The position numbers and the translations under genes were made by a program. Shown here piece by piece: positions 37,366-47,053 of a stretch of DNA of 64,000 bases. Positions within the stretch are counted from its first letter, which is position 1; each line of letters begins with the position of its first letter. The notes beneath the pieces are model-generated. The model saw only the letters and a program-made list of their open reading frames with translations. It did no database searches and was not told the origin of the DNA. This DNA comes from an uncultured virus (IMG/VR IMGVR_UViG_2882234885_000004). Its lineage: Duplodnaviria; Heunggongvirae; Uroviricota; Caudoviricetes. Location: IMG/VR virus record IMGVR_UViG_2882234885_000004; one strand, 5' to 3'.

Positions 37366-37607
37366 AATCCAAGAAGGACCTTGCATTCGAGAAGTTTAGG
37401 TTTTCCGACCCTGGCTGGAACGCCGAGGTCGTCCCGATTGCCGGAAGCACCAGCGTGGCCATTTGTGCTGCTTCCGTGGACAAATATACCGGCCGGAAGA
37501 TGTACGGGCAGCAGCTCGCTACATATACCCATCGGGCGACGGCTGAGAAGGTATGCAGAGAGCTGAACGAGTTCAAGGCTCGTATGCTTGCCACCGCATA
37601 CCCGTAA
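37362..37607 (+). CDS. hypothetical protein
   Basis: AAGGAGG RBS, ATGA overlap. Confidence 0.65.
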   Translation: MKSKKDLAFEKFRFSDPGWNAEVVPIAGSTSVAICAASVDKYTGRKMYGQQLATYTHRATAEKVCRELNEFKARMLATAYP

Positions 37608-37671
37608 CCAATACCACGAAGGGCTCCAGCATATGCCGGGGCCCTTTCTCTGTGTTCATCAGCTCCAACAT

Positions 37672-37703
37672 ATAAGCACTTAGGTGCTTGGGTGTTTAAG
37701 TGC
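37672..37703. repeat. phased 8-bp repeat array
   Basis: ATAAGCAC TTAGGTGC TTGGGTGT TTAAGTGC. Confidence 0.7.
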
Positions 37704-37736
37704 TTGCATGGCATGAGCGATAGGGAGCCGGCCGTT

Positions 37737-37893
37737 TTGACTTTACAGGCGATAGATGGTAGGATATTACTATCAAACGAGGAAGTATAGTAACGCATAA
37801 GCATTGTTTTATAAGTCTCAAGCAGTTAGGTTCATTTTATGAGCCTGACTGCTTTTTCATATATACACAAACATTTTCAAAGGAGACGATTTT
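37737..37893 (+). promoter_or_regulatory. conserved operon leader L9
   Basis: TTGACT 37737, TGgTAGGAT ending 37765, GAGGAAGTAT 37779, hairpin 37820-37854 plus T-run, ATATACACAAAC, AAGGAG. Confidence 0.9.
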
Positions 37894-38664
37894 ATGGACA
37901 TCAAGAAAATCAACAAGGCAGTTAGTATTCTGGAGAATAGCAACCGGCTCCTCAAAGGCCGGATGGATGAACTCCGCCATGCGCTGGAAAAGAGCATCCT
38001 TCCGAAGGATGCCGCTGACCCTTATTCTGTGCTGGAACACTGTGAGGCTGAGTATGAGGCGGTGGAGATGGCAATTCGGGCTCTGCAGTCTGAAAGCCAT
38101 TCAGACGTGACAGACTTGCGAAAAAGCTGGGTCCTGTGCTGGGAGGAACCCACCGGCCAGCGCAGATGGGAAGCCTTTCACTGCGCAGATGGTGTGGGCG
38201 ACAAACTTATTGAGTTGGTAAATGCCTACAACGAGTTCGATGCCGCACTTCACCCCAGAGAGCATGAGCAGCCGTACGGCGCGATGGATTTTGAAGACAA
38301 ATTCATTATCCTCTGCCTGCATCCCAGTGCTGACAGAATCAGCATTGAGAGTTTGCCCGAGTACTGCTCCAGCACCTGGGTCACGAAGAACTCCGACCCG
38401 GCAGTGAAGCCGCATTTCAGCTATAAGCAGGCCAGGGAGGATATCATCAAGTATCTTCAGGCTCAGCCGGAGAAGTACTTCAAGCAGCGCGGCAGGCGCA
38501 AGGATGAGATGCTCAACGACACAGAGACCATTGCAAACCTGGCTTGTGAGCATATGCACTGCGTGAATCAGTCCGGCATTGACCGTGAATGGTCCTGCAA
38601 GGACGCATGTGACCATACGCCCGGAATCCGCAAGAACGATGGGGAAGGAGATGACCTGGCGTGA
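37894..38664 (+). CDS. hypothetical protein
   Basis: First gene after L9. Confidence 0.75.
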   Translation: MDIKKINKAVSILENSNRLLKGRMDELRHALEKSILPKDAADPYSVLEHCEAEYEAVEMAIRALQSESHSDVTDLRKSWVLCWEEPTGQRRWEAFHCADGVGDKLIELVNAYNEFDAALHPREHEQPYGAMDFEDKFIILCLHPSADRISIESLPEYCSSTWVTKNSDPAVKPHFSYKQAREDIIKYLQAQPEKYFKQRGRRKDEMLNDTETIANLACEHMHCVNQSGIDREWSCKDACDHTPGIRKNDGEGDDLA

Positions 38665-39185
38665 ATGAGGCAGTATCTGGAGTCATCACGCTATGGCGGG
38701 ACGGCATTCCGTTCTGGTTTGACATTTATACAGACCCTATCTGCTCCATTCTGAAGCGGAAGATGCTGCTGGTCGGCCTGGATGACGTTATCCCAGACCA
38801 CCTGTATGCTGTCGTCGCCTTGCTGTCGAATGGGAACCCCGGGATGTGTCAAATCATCCTGAAGGAAATCCTGATGTCCAGCCGAGACGACGTTAAGACC
38901 TCTCTGACGGCCGGGACGTACCTGGACCCGTCCGTGATGGACCGGGTGATGTTCCGCTTTCATGGGAAACTTCCAGATGCGCAGGACCCTGTTGCTATGG
39001 AACGGCTGATGCGTCTCTACATGGAGCAGAAGGTCCAAAGCAAAGAGACCTTCTCGGACAATGCCATGGACACCCAGCAGTATTGGTCCGAAGTGACTAT
39101 GGCCGGGAAAGTCGATGAGTCTGTCCCGTACTGTGAGAGATTTAAGTCCTACATCAAGCAAGGAGAGGGATTTCGATATGGATGA
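38661..39185 (+). CDS. hypothetical protein
   Basis: GTGA overlap, AAGGAG RBS. Confidence 0.65.
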   Translation: MNEAVSGVITLWRDGIPFWFDIYTDPICSILKRKMLLVGLDDVIPDHLYAVVALLSNGNPGMCQIILKEILMSSRDDVKTSLTAGTYLDPSVMDRVMFRFHGKLPDAQDPVAMERLMRLYMEQKVQSKETFSDNAMDTQQYWSEVTMAGKVDESVPYCERFKSYIKQGEGFRYG

Positions 39186-39321
39186 GCTGTTTTCCGTAAT
39201 CACAAGTTATCTGGCCCGTGCCGGGTACGAGATTTTGGACGGTGATGCGTCCAAGTTTGTCATTCGAGACAAATTGAAGGATGCAGATTTTGAAATCACC
39301 ATCAGTGAAATTGCTGGGTAA
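39178..39321 (+). CDS. small hypothetical protein
   Basis: GAGG RBS; fills gap. Confidence 0.55.
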   Translation: MDELFSVITSYLARAGYEILDGDASKFVIRDKLKDADFEITISEIAG

Positions 39322-39338
39322 GAAGGAGGGAAAAGAGT

Positions 39339-40655
39339 ATGAGTGTCAGCTCTGAGCTGCGTCTCGACGGACATGTCGATTTTGACGTTCTGTTTGAGAT
39401 GGTCAAGCTCCTGTTCGACAAGAGGGCAAAGAAGAATTTCCAAGCGGACAATCTGGGGCCCATCGCCGAACTGGATGACGTGAAGGAAGTTTACGGCGAA
39501 TCCAAAGACTATGAGACGGAATTCGGCTGGATTTCCTTTACCTACGAGGGCGAAAAGCGGTTCCTGAACTACCAGTACCGCAACATCAATACCTATGAGG
39601 GCCTGCGGTACTATGAGAAGCTCGGTGCGGCAGATATGGTCAAGGCCGAAACATCCATTCTGCGGATTGGCTACTGGGGTCATGCGGTGAACATCATGGA
39701 GACCATCGCCTGCTACTTCGGCGGCTGGCTGGTGGAACGCGATGATTACGATGACCCGCCCCGTAGAATCGAGCTGGTGACTGAGCCATACGCACATATC
39801 GGGCATTTTGCCCGGGAGCGTTCTATGCCGAACCTGTTCTCTAAGTGGTGGCCCGCCGTCAAGGACTGTGGCATCAAGGTTCCGAAATCCACAGTATTCT
39901 CCGTGCCGTCGGAGCTGCTGAAGCACTTCTTCATGGAGAAGCCAGATGAGGATATTGCCGCCGTTCGGGCTTGGGTGGACAGCATCGTACGCCCAGGGCT
40001 GAAAGAGGCAGGACTTCAAGGGCTCCTCTTTGTAAAGAACGGAGACTTCGGCAATAAGTTCGATGCGGATAAGTCCTGCATGGTCCTGCCCGACGAACTG
40101 ACCGACGCCATCATCAATATCAACTACGCCGCAGCTTGCTGCGGCGCGGATATGGGTGGTGGCTGGAGTGAGTTGGTCGTTCGGGAGCGCATCCGGCATG
40201 ACGAAAGAGTGACTCCCTGTATTTACCACGGGTTGCCGCTGCGCTCTGAGTTCCGGGTCTTCTATGACTTTGACCTCAAGAAGGTGCTCTTTACCGCCAA
40301 CTACTGGGATTATGATTCTGTCTACGGGCGTCTCTATGATGCAACGGACAAAATCATCTTCGACCACGAGCGGGAGCGGCTTGAGAGCACATTCAAGGAG
40401 AAGAAAGACGCGGCGGAGGCGCTGGTTGCCGAACACATGGCCAATGTGGAAGGTCTCTCTGGCCCCTGGTCAGTCGACCTTATGATGACGGAGGCTGGCG
40501 AAATGTATCTTATCGACATGGCCGTGGCCGAGCAGTCCGCTTATTGGGAGCTCCGTCCCGGTAATGAGCGGAAACTGGCTGAGGCTCGCGTTGAAAACAT
40601 GCGGCAGCGGCAAAAGGCCCTGGAGATGCAAAAAGCCATGCTTCAGCAGATTTGA
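39339..40655 (+). CDS. two-domain protein with ATP-grasp-like C-terminal domain
   Basis: LFVK, VVRERI, EFRVF, WSVDLM...YLIDMA pattern. Confidence 0.65.
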   Translation: MSVSSELRLDGHVDFDVLFEMVKLLFDKRAKKNFQADNLGPIAELDDVKEVYGESKDYETEFGWISFTYEGEKRFLNYQYRNINTYEGLRYYEKLGAADMVKAETSILRIGYWGHAVNIMETIACYFGGWLVERDDYDDPPRRIELVTEPYAHIGHFARERSMPNLFSKWWPAVKDCGIKVPKSTVFSVPSELLKHFFMEKPDEDIAAVRAWVDSIVRPGLKEAGLQGLLFVKNGDFGNKFDADKSCMVLPDELTDAIININYAAACCGADMGGGWSELVVRERIRHDERVTPCIYHGLPLRSEFRVFYDFDLKKVLFTANYWDYDSVYGRLYDATDKIIFDHERERLESTFKEKKDAAEALVAEHMANVEGLSGPWSVDLMMTEAGEMYLIDMAVAEQSAYWELRPGNERKLAEARVENMRQRQKALEMQKAMLQQI

Positions 40656-40720
40656 TTTTTAAAGGAGGCTGGTCAATGCGGCCAGCCTCCTATTGCTACT
40701 TTTTATTGGAGGTATGAACC

Positions 40721-41869
40721 ATGGAAAACAAAAAATTGACTGGAGGTTTCCTTCTGATTGAAAGTTATGCCCAGTGGGAAAACGACAAGGAATGGGAAAC
40801 GAACCGCTACGATGATGAGCGGCCCACGGCCATTCTTGCCGTCAAGGAGTGGTTCCTGCAGAAGTTCGCTGAGGAATCCGGTTATGGCTCTCTCGATGAG
40901 TTCTTTGGGGACTACACCTGGGAAACCATTGATTCCCTCCAGGCCGAGGCTGAAACGGCGGCGGCGCTTGCCTTTGCCTACCGGCCGACGCTGGTTCCGC
41001 ATTTCCAGTTTCCTGACGTAATGACTGCGGAAATGGCGCAGGCCCTGGTGGAGTTCATGGAATCCGAGCCGATTTATGAGCGTATTACCAAGGCTCTGCC
41101 TCAGAATCCGGTCAAGCCTTTTGCGGCCATTGGAGACAACATCATTGTTCCCAGTGTTGAGCAGGGGAGGGTGGTGGCCAGTTTCCTGAGTGCCCTGGGT
41201 GTCGAGGCCCTTATGGTTTCCCCTATGGGCGATGAGAACCGTGGCCGGATTTGGGTGAACACCGGAGACGCGGAAGTGTCTGCCGAGGATGAACCTGTGA
41301 CAAGCGGCATTCCGTTTATATTCGCGGACTGTACAGGGTTGGCTATTCAACTCTGCGGTTCCTTAGAAGACGGACCAGTTACGGAAAATGGAGAGCGTTG
41401 CAGCGAGTACCTGGACCTGATGACCTTTGATGGGAAGGCTTTCAAAGTCCAGCTCATTGAGCGAAAGGGCAATGACGGCAAACCTTCCTACTACTCAATT
41501 CATTTCATTGACGATATCAATGAAACGGATTGCCAGTTAGTGGATACCAAAGGAACATCAGTCGAGGAAATTGCGGACTGCCTCAAGTTGCAGCAGAATA
41601 TGGCTTTCTCCCAGTGGGAGAAGACCCGCGACGAGAATGTTGAGGTTATTGTCCCGGCCAAATTTGTCTCGGTTTGGGACGGAGGTACGCTTATCGAGGC
41701 TGGATGCAAGGTCAACCTGAAGACCAAGGAAGTCTTTGACATTGAGGTCGTCGAGGATGTTGCGGATATGCTCGATACCCTGGATGAGGAGTACATCGTG
41801 CTCCCTGGCGTCAAAGAGGCTGTCATTCCGCAGGATGAGAGGGAAAACGGTGAGTACTGGTATCGGTGA
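40721..41869 (+). CDS. hypothetical acidic multi-domain protein
   Basis: GGAGGT RBS. Confidence 0.75.
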   Translation: MENKKLTGGFLLIESYAQWENDKEWETNRYDDERPTAILAVKEWFLQKFAEESGYGSLDEFFGDYTWETIDSLQAEAETAAALAFAYRPTLVPHFQFPDVMTAEMAQALVEFMESEPIYERITKALPQNPVKPFAAIGDNIIVPSVEQGRVVASFLSALGVEALMVSPMGDENRGRIWVNTGDAEVSAEDEPVTSGIPFIFADCTGLAIQLCGSLEDGPVTENGERCSEYLDLMTFDGKAFKVQLIERKGNDGKPSYYSIHFIDDINETDCQLVDTKGTSVEEIADCLKLQQNMAFSQWEKTRDENVEVIVPAKFVSVWDGGTLIEAGCKVNLKTKEVFDIEVVEDVADMLDTLDEEYIVLPGVKEAVIPQDERENGEYWYR

Positions 41870-41882
41870 GGGGGGAGCACGA

Positions 41883-42269
41883 ATGGCAAAGTTCTATTAC
41901 GGAATTCTGAAACTTAATGGAGACTCCGCCGCGCTGAAAGAGCTGGTCTCCCACCTGGAACGGCTTGCTGAGTGCTGCGCTGCTTCCGGTGCTGTTTCCT
42001 TTGACTACCTGCCTGCGGTTTTTGAAGATTACCCGGAGGAGCAGCACGTGTTCTGCGCGGGGTGGGATGCCAGTGATATCGAGAATGGCCACCTGGTGCT
42101 CCGTACCCGCAGTCATTACGACTATGGCGACAACTTCGCCGCCATCCTCTGCCGCTCTCTTGGGCTTTCTGGAAGACTGCGCGTGGAATACGATGAGGGC
42201 AACCCGGATACATTTGAGTTCTCCTTCGATGAGGATGTGCCCATCTGTAACTGGCGTGTTTTACAGTGA
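41883..42269 (+). CDS. hypothetical protein
   Basis: GGAG RBS. Confidence 0.65.
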   Translation: MAKFYYGILKLNGDSAALKELVSHLERLAECCAASGAVSFDYLPAVFEDYPEEQHVFCAGWDASDIENGHLVLRTRSHYDYGDNFAAILCRSLGLSGRLRVEYDEGNPDTFEFSFDEDVPICNWRVLQ

Positions 42270-42288
42270 AAATAAGGGGCGAATATCA

Positions 42289-42522
42289 ATGAGAGTAAAG
42301 GTATTTCGTTTTACAGTATGTGAGTGTCAGGGTATCGGACGTCCTCCCAGAATGGAACGAACCGGACTGACTCCCAGCGAGATTGAGGAGCGGGTCAACC
42401 GATTCTGTGAGACGGTCAATGTCGTCAGCATCAGTGTGACCCCTGTGACGTACAAACAGCATGACGGCGGCGGCTATGATGACGTTGAACTCTGGTACAA
42501 CATCGTCTATCAGCCGAAGTAA
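42289..42522 (+). CDS. hypothetical protein
   Basis: AAGGGG RBS. Confidence 0.6.
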   Translation: MRVKVFRFTVCECQGIGRPPRMERTGLTPSEIEERVNRFCETVNVVSISVTPVTYKQHDGGGYDDVELWYNIVYQPK

Positions 42523-42524
42523 TT

Positions 42525-42863
42525 ATGGAGGGCCTTATGCAGAATCATATGGAGTTCAGTAAGAAGACCTGGCGCTATACCATGGTAGACCCCTACGGGA
42601 ACCTCAGCACCATCGAGCGGAATATCCCGCCCACTACGGTAAGCTGGGAGTACATCTGCCGGGACTACCACTTTGGTGCGGAGTCTCGTGAGAAAGCCGA
42701 GGCGCTTATGGTAAAGCACTTCGAGGCTCATTCCCCGTATCGGGGTTTCTGCCAAATCGCCAAGCACCTGGGATATACGCTCGTTTCTGTGGACACAGAA
42801 GGGAACCGCTATATCCGGTGTGGCAATGCCCCGCAGGGTCCTTTTATGGGCGAGGAAGAATAA
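42525..42863 (+). CDS. hypothetical protein
   Basis: Packed ORF; start may be 42537. Confidence 0.65.
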   Translation: MEGLMQNHMEFSKKTWRYTMVDPYGNLSTIERNIPPTTVSWEYICRDYHFGAESREKAEALMVKHFEAHSPYRGFCQIAKHLGYTLVSVDTEGNRYIRCGNAPQGPFMGEEE

Positions 42864-42917
42864 TAAATTGCTGGCCTGGGGTTCTCTCCAGGCCAGCCTG
42901 AAAAAAGGAGATAGTTT

Positions 42918-43763
42918 ATGAAAAACTTATGGTTCCGTGCAGGTGTGACCCTGCAGCTCAACGATGACGAGGTGGATACCATCCTAAAAACTGGTGCGGA
43001 CGATAATGGCGACATGGATATCGTTGAGAACGTCGTCAAAACCGCCCTCCAGGAAGGCCGGTTCGCGTTTGACGGGAACTCGTACTTCCCGGAGCCGGTG
43101 GTAGAGAGCCTTATCCAGGCGGAAGGGCTCCCCTATGCGCCCAGTGAGCCGGAGTTTGATATGAGCAGGCTGGGCGGTTTTACCCTGGCCAAGCCTGCTG
43201 TGAACGGCGATATGCTCAGTCGGGCCAGCGCTTTGATTGACCGGGTTGTCAATGAGAAGGACTACCACTGGAGCGGTGTGGTAAGGGAAGTCACTGTCAA
43301 TAGCGACGGTATTTCCCTCTTCATCAACAGCGGCGGATACAATTTCTATGCAACCCCGGGCCAGATAAAGGAACTCCAGGCTTCCGTTCCGGCTACGCAG
43401 GTCGAGAAGGGGGAGGAGCCCCTGCTTGGAGTCAAGACGCCCCTGGGTTCTTTGGTTGCCCGAGAAGCGCCTGATGATGAGTACCCCGGAATCGACATCT
43501 ATCTGAACAAGCGCAGCGGGGAACAGGTCCCTGTCGCCCGAATCGAGTATGTCCCCGGCGGCGGGATGTGCGAGCCTGAGCAGAAAGACCCCAGAAGCGT
43601 CATCCCGCAGGAACGCATCCAATTCGCCGAGATAGGCTATTGGTCTGGCACCCAGAAAGCTGTCCCAGTGTTTACTCCGGGGCTCATGGCCAGAGTCTAC
43701 AATGATGAGGCCAGGGATGAGCCTATCACCATCGCCTACAACGACTTCAAGGAGGAAGAGTAA
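42918..43763 (+). CDS. hypothetical protein
   Basis: AAGGAG RBS. Confidence 0.75.
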   Translation: MKNLWFRAGVTLQLNDDEVDTILKTGADDNGDMDIVENVVKTALQEGRFAFDGNSYFPEPVVESLIQAEGLPYAPSEPEFDMSRLGGFTLAKPAVNGDMLSRASALIDRVVNEKDYHWSGVVREVTVNSDGISLFINSGGYNFYATPGQIKELQASVPATQVEKGEEPLLGVKTPLGSLVAREAPDDEYPGIDIYLNKRSGEQVPVARIEYVPGGGMCEPEQKDPRSVIPQERIQFAEIGYWSGTQKAVPVFTPGLMARVYNDEARDEPITIAYNDFKEEE

Positions 43764-43764
43764 C

Positions 43765-44010
43765 ATGCGGAAAAATGTCTGCATCACCTATCATATGAGC
43801 AAGGAGAACGAGGTTGCAGAGACCTGCATCACCATCCCTATGGATGCAGCGGTCGCCGATGATGTGCTCGCCAATCAGGAAAACAGCCAGTATGTCAAAG
43901 AAGGCAGTTCCGGCATCACCTCAATCAAGCAGATTCTGAGTAATCTGGCGGAACTTCAGGGGTATGTGGAAGCGCACTTCTGCTGTGCTGAGGAGCAGAG
44001 CACCCTTTAA
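43765..44010 (+). CDS. hypothetical protein
   Basis: AAGGAGG RBS. Confidence 0.65.
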   Translation: MRKNVCITYHMSKENEVAETCITIPMDAAVADDVLANQENSQYVKEGSSGITSIKQILSNLAELQGYVEAHFCCAEEQSTL

Positions 44011-44017
44011 TTGCGCT

Positions 44018-44047
44018 AGGGGCGGACAGGATTTTCTGTCCGCCCCT
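44018..44047 (+). terminator. terminator-like hairpin
   Basis: AGGGGCGGACAG/CTGTCCGCCCCT; weak T-run. Confidence 0.55.
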
Positions 44048-44053
44048 CTAAAT

Positions 44054-44215
44054 TTGACTTAAAAAATAAAACATGGTAAGATATTTCCATCAAATAAGGA
44101 AGTATCGAATTTAAACCTCAAAATATATTCTAAGGCTCAAGACAGTGTATCCGATTCTCGGGTGTGCTGTCTTTTTTTATATATACAACAAATTTTTTAA
44201 AGGAGAAATGAACCA
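44054..44215 (+). promoter_or_regulatory. conserved operon leader L10
   Basis: TTGACT 44054, TGgTAAGAT ending 44082, AAGGAAGTATC 44096, hairpin 44139-44173 plus T-run, ATATATACAAC, AAGGAG. Confidence 0.9.
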
Positions 44216-44872
44216 ATGAAAGCCATGAAAACTCGTAGCGTAAAACACATCTTCTGCCTGTTCCTGACCGCTGTATTCGCCATTCTCAGCAATGTGGGCG
44301 TTGCCTATGCTGCTGACGCCGAGCCGACCGACATCGGCCCTGCCATCATGATGGATGAGAACGGCAAGACCACTGTGGTGCCTACCATTGGAAATGCTAT
44401 CCGCATGGAAGAGGATGGAACCATCGTCACCACAGACGAGGAAGGCAATGAAACGGAGTTTAATCCCTATCTCGCACCCGCGCTCTACATGGACGAGTTT
44501 GAAAACCTCATCTATGCGGAGGATGGATACAATATCGTGTCCATTCTGGGGCCTGCGTTCCAGACCGACGAGGACGGCAACATCGTCGAGACGACCTCTG
44601 ACGGTATGCAGACCGTGGTCGGCAAGGCACCGTTCGTAGTTGGAAAAATGGCTGAGGATGGGAAAATCACCCTGGTCGATGCCGATGACACTATCCTGTA
44701 CTTTGAGTTGCAGGATGGCCAGGCAAAGCTGGTCGCTGCGATGACCCCGGCCATCTACATGGACGGGAACGGCGTCGTCATCTCGGTCGATTATTTTGGC
44801 CGGGAGACAGTGATTTCTGCTCCCGAGGGATTCGTGCCTGCTCCTGTCGGCTATGACCAGGAGGCGAAGTAA
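44216..44872 (+). CDS. secreted acidic protein with internal repeats
   Basis: Signal peptide ending AYA-A; repeated PA.xMDE.G units. Confidence 0.7.
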   Translation: MKAMKTRSVKHIFCLFLTAVFAILSNVGVAYAADAEPTDIGPAIMMDENGKTTVVPTIGNAIRMEEDGTIVTTDEEGNETEFNPYLAPALYMDEFENLIYAEDGYNIVSILGPAFQTDEDGNIVETTSDGMQTVVGKAPFVVGKMAEDGKITLVDADDTILYFELQDGQAKLVAAMTPAIYMDGNGVVISVDYFGRETVISAPEGFVPAPVGYDQEAK

Positions 44873-44877
44873 ACTGT

Positions 44878-45312
44878 ATGGAAAACAACACAATTTCCCC
44901 TGGCCGGTATCGCCACTACAAGGGTAACGAGTATCAGGTGTTGGCTGTTGCAACACATTCTGAGACTCTGGAACCCATGGTGGTTTACCAGGCGGAATAC
45001 GAAGACCGCAAAATTTGGGTTCGACCGGCTTCTATGTGGAATGAGATGGTGACGAAGGATGGGGTCACAGCCCCTCGCTTCAAGCGCATATCAGACCCGA
45101 AGGTATCTATGGGGGCGAAGAGAGCTGTTGAGCTCATCAATCATATGATTGACCGTATGATTGATGATGCTGGCGGGCATTCTCGGGAGGCTCTGGCTCA
45201 GCTTATTGAGTTGGGCTTCACTCGGGAGGAACTTGTTGATGAGTTCCAGTTCCCCACCGCTGACGTCGACGACCTGATGTCGGAGTACGAAAGCGGCAGC
45301 GAAGACGCATAA
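44878..45312 (+). CDS. DUF1653-domain protein with C-terminal extension
   Basis: GRYRHYKGNEYQV..VATHSETLEPMVVYQA.Y...WVRP..MW. Confidence 0.85.
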   Translation: MENNTISPGRYRHYKGNEYQVLAVATHSETLEPMVVYQAEYEDRKIWVRPASMWNEMVTKDGVTAPRFKRISDPKVSMGAKRAVELINHMIDRMIDDAGGHSREALAQLIELGFTREELVDEFQFPTADVDDLMSEYESGSEDA

Positions 45313-45363
45313 ACGCAAGGGGAGTGGCACATCAGCCACTCCCCTCATTTTTTCAAGGAGGAT

Positions 45364-45939
45364 ATGTTTATGGATATTTTGGGGCGTATTACAAAACTGG
45401 TAGTACAACGCTGCGAAGCGTGCGGCAAGGTGTTCCCTATGCTCTATAAGGCTAGGTTCGACAGTTCGGCCGGAGTCTTTGTCAGCGATGGCTATGACTA
45501 TGTGGGAGAAACTTGTAACTGCAAAGCCGATTTTGCTCCCGACGAAGGCGACCCGAGCATTTCGGAGTGGGTTGATTCCCTGAATACCGCCAGGCATAAA
45601 ACGGTGACAGACCACGCTGTTCTGTTTGAGATGGAACTGGACGCAAGCCCCACCGCAAACGAACTTCAGGCTATCCTCAACCTGTTCGAGCCGACTGAGC
45701 ATCTGGTCCCTATTGATATGGCTGCCAATAACAGCTATGCTGTGGGATTCATGCCGGACAGCCTTGCGAACCTGCTGGACTACGACCTGCGGTATTACGA
45801 GCAGGCCATCAGCAAACTTATGGACGACGAGTGCCTGCTTATGGACATTGCGTCGACCAAGGGTCTGCCGCACGGTGCTCTGTACGAGGTCGTCGTCAAG
45901 GACATTCCAACCTACATTTTCCGCAATCTGAAGGAGTGA
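45364..45939 (+). CDS. hypothetical protein
   Basis: AAGGAGG RBS. Confidence 0.7.
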   Translation: MFMDILGRITKLVVQRCEACGKVFPMLYKARFDSSAGVFVSDGYDYVGETCNCKADFAPDEGDPSISEWVDSLNTARHKTVTDHAVLFEMELDASPTANELQAILNLFEPTEHLVPIDMAANNSYAVGFMPDSLANLLDYDLRYYEQAISKLMDDECLLMDIASTKGLPHGALYEVVVKDIPTYIFRNLKE

Positions 45940-45944
45940 TTTTT

Positions 45945-46280
45945 ATGCTGGGGAGCAGCGTCCATTACGCGCAGTTCGTACCTGCCAGCCTATTTCAACT
46001 TTCATATCTGAGAGAGAGACGGTTTGGAGATTATCATGCCACCATCGAGCGGCGTCCTGCTGAGGGAGAGCCCCGCAGGCTCAAGGTCTGCTGGTGCCGT
46101 GTGGCTCCGGGCCTCTTAAGTGAGGTGCCCGACCATCTCCGGCCGTTCCACCTCGATTTCATCGAGCAGAAAAGCGGGGATTGGTTGGTCGCTTTCAAAA
46201 CTGAAAACATTCTCGCCAGTCTCTATGTGAAGATGACTGGTACAGAAATGGCCAGTCTTCTTGAGAGAGCGGCCCAGTGA
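45945..46280 (+). CDS. hypothetical protein
   Basis: AAGGAG RBS. Confidence 0.65.
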   Translation: MLGSSVHYAQFVPASLFQLSYLRERRFGDYHATIERRPAEGEPRRLKVCWCRVAPGLLSEVPDHLRPFHLDFIEQKSGDWLVAFKTENILASLYVKMTGTEMASLLERAAQ

Positions 46281-46292
46281 AGGAGGAGTCAT

Positions 46293-46547
46293 ATGGATAT
46301 CGATTACCTGGAGCAGGCTATCGGAGCGATGCTGATGGCGAAGGTCATCACCTTCGAGGCTAATTCATGGGCGTTTGGCTTTGTGGATATGGTTGTAAAA
46401 AGCACCGTATTTGTTGAGTCGGAGTCCATAATTTCGGTCGTGGAGGATGACTGGAACGATGGCCCTGCCGCCAGCGTTGCAAAACTGCTGGCCGAACATG
46501 TGAGAGACGGAGAGATTCACTTTATTCCCGTTGAAGAACAGCACTGA
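46293..46547 (+). CDS. hypothetical protein
   Basis: AAGGAGG RBS. Confidence 0.65.
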   Translation: MDIDYLEQAIGAMLMAKVITFEANSWAFGFVDMVVKSTVFVESESIISVVEDDWNDGPAASVAKLLAEHVRDGEIHFIPVEEQH

Positions 46548-46564
46548 ATGAACGGAGGTATATC

Positions 46565-47032
46565 ATGTCTGAATATTACACCAAGCAAAGAGGCCATTTG
46601 CAGGTTCTGCTGGAGTCCCTCATCTCGGATGATGTGGACGCCTATCTGTACGATAGTACGGACAGTGCTTGGGGGCTTATCTATCATAAGCCGACCAATA
46701 CCATCATGCACATCAGCTATGAGGGAGTCAATGGGATTGCTCTGGGCAGTTGTCTGAAGCCCAACAAGTGGCATGGAACCGGGTATCAGTGCCTGGAGTC
46801 CGGCTTCCGCTGGATTACCAAGGAGGACCTGGAAGCTGCATTTCACAAGGCAAAAGTCCTATTGGCAAAGGATATTATGGCACACAGGGAGACTAAAGTC
46901 CCTGGCATCTGCCTTCCCGATGATTTGCAGAAGCATCTGTATCGGGACCTGGATGAATATTTTGAAACTCGCTGGCCTGGCCAAAGAGCGAGAGAAAAAT
47001 TCATTCAGGTCATGGTCGGAGAATGTGATTGA
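46565..47032 (+). CDS. hypothetical protein
   Basis: GGAGGT RBS. Confidence 0.7.
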   Translation: MSEYYTKQRGHLQVLLESLISDDVDAYLYDSTDSAWGLIYHKPTNTIMHISYEGVNGIALGSCLKPNKWHGTGYQCLESGFRWITKEDLEAAFHKAKVLLAKDIMAHRETKVPGICLPDDLQKHLYRDLDEYFETRWPGQRAREKFIQVMVGECD

Positions 47033-47053
47033 AGATGAAAAGGAGGGCTTTCA

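Noticed and set aside
40663..40691. Other intergenic hairpins (12305, 19397, 28588, 33235, 40663, 42871, 45319, 49196) as split RBSs
   Set aside because: Each downstream gene has its own normally spaced SD, so these are more likely weak terminators or stability hairpins.
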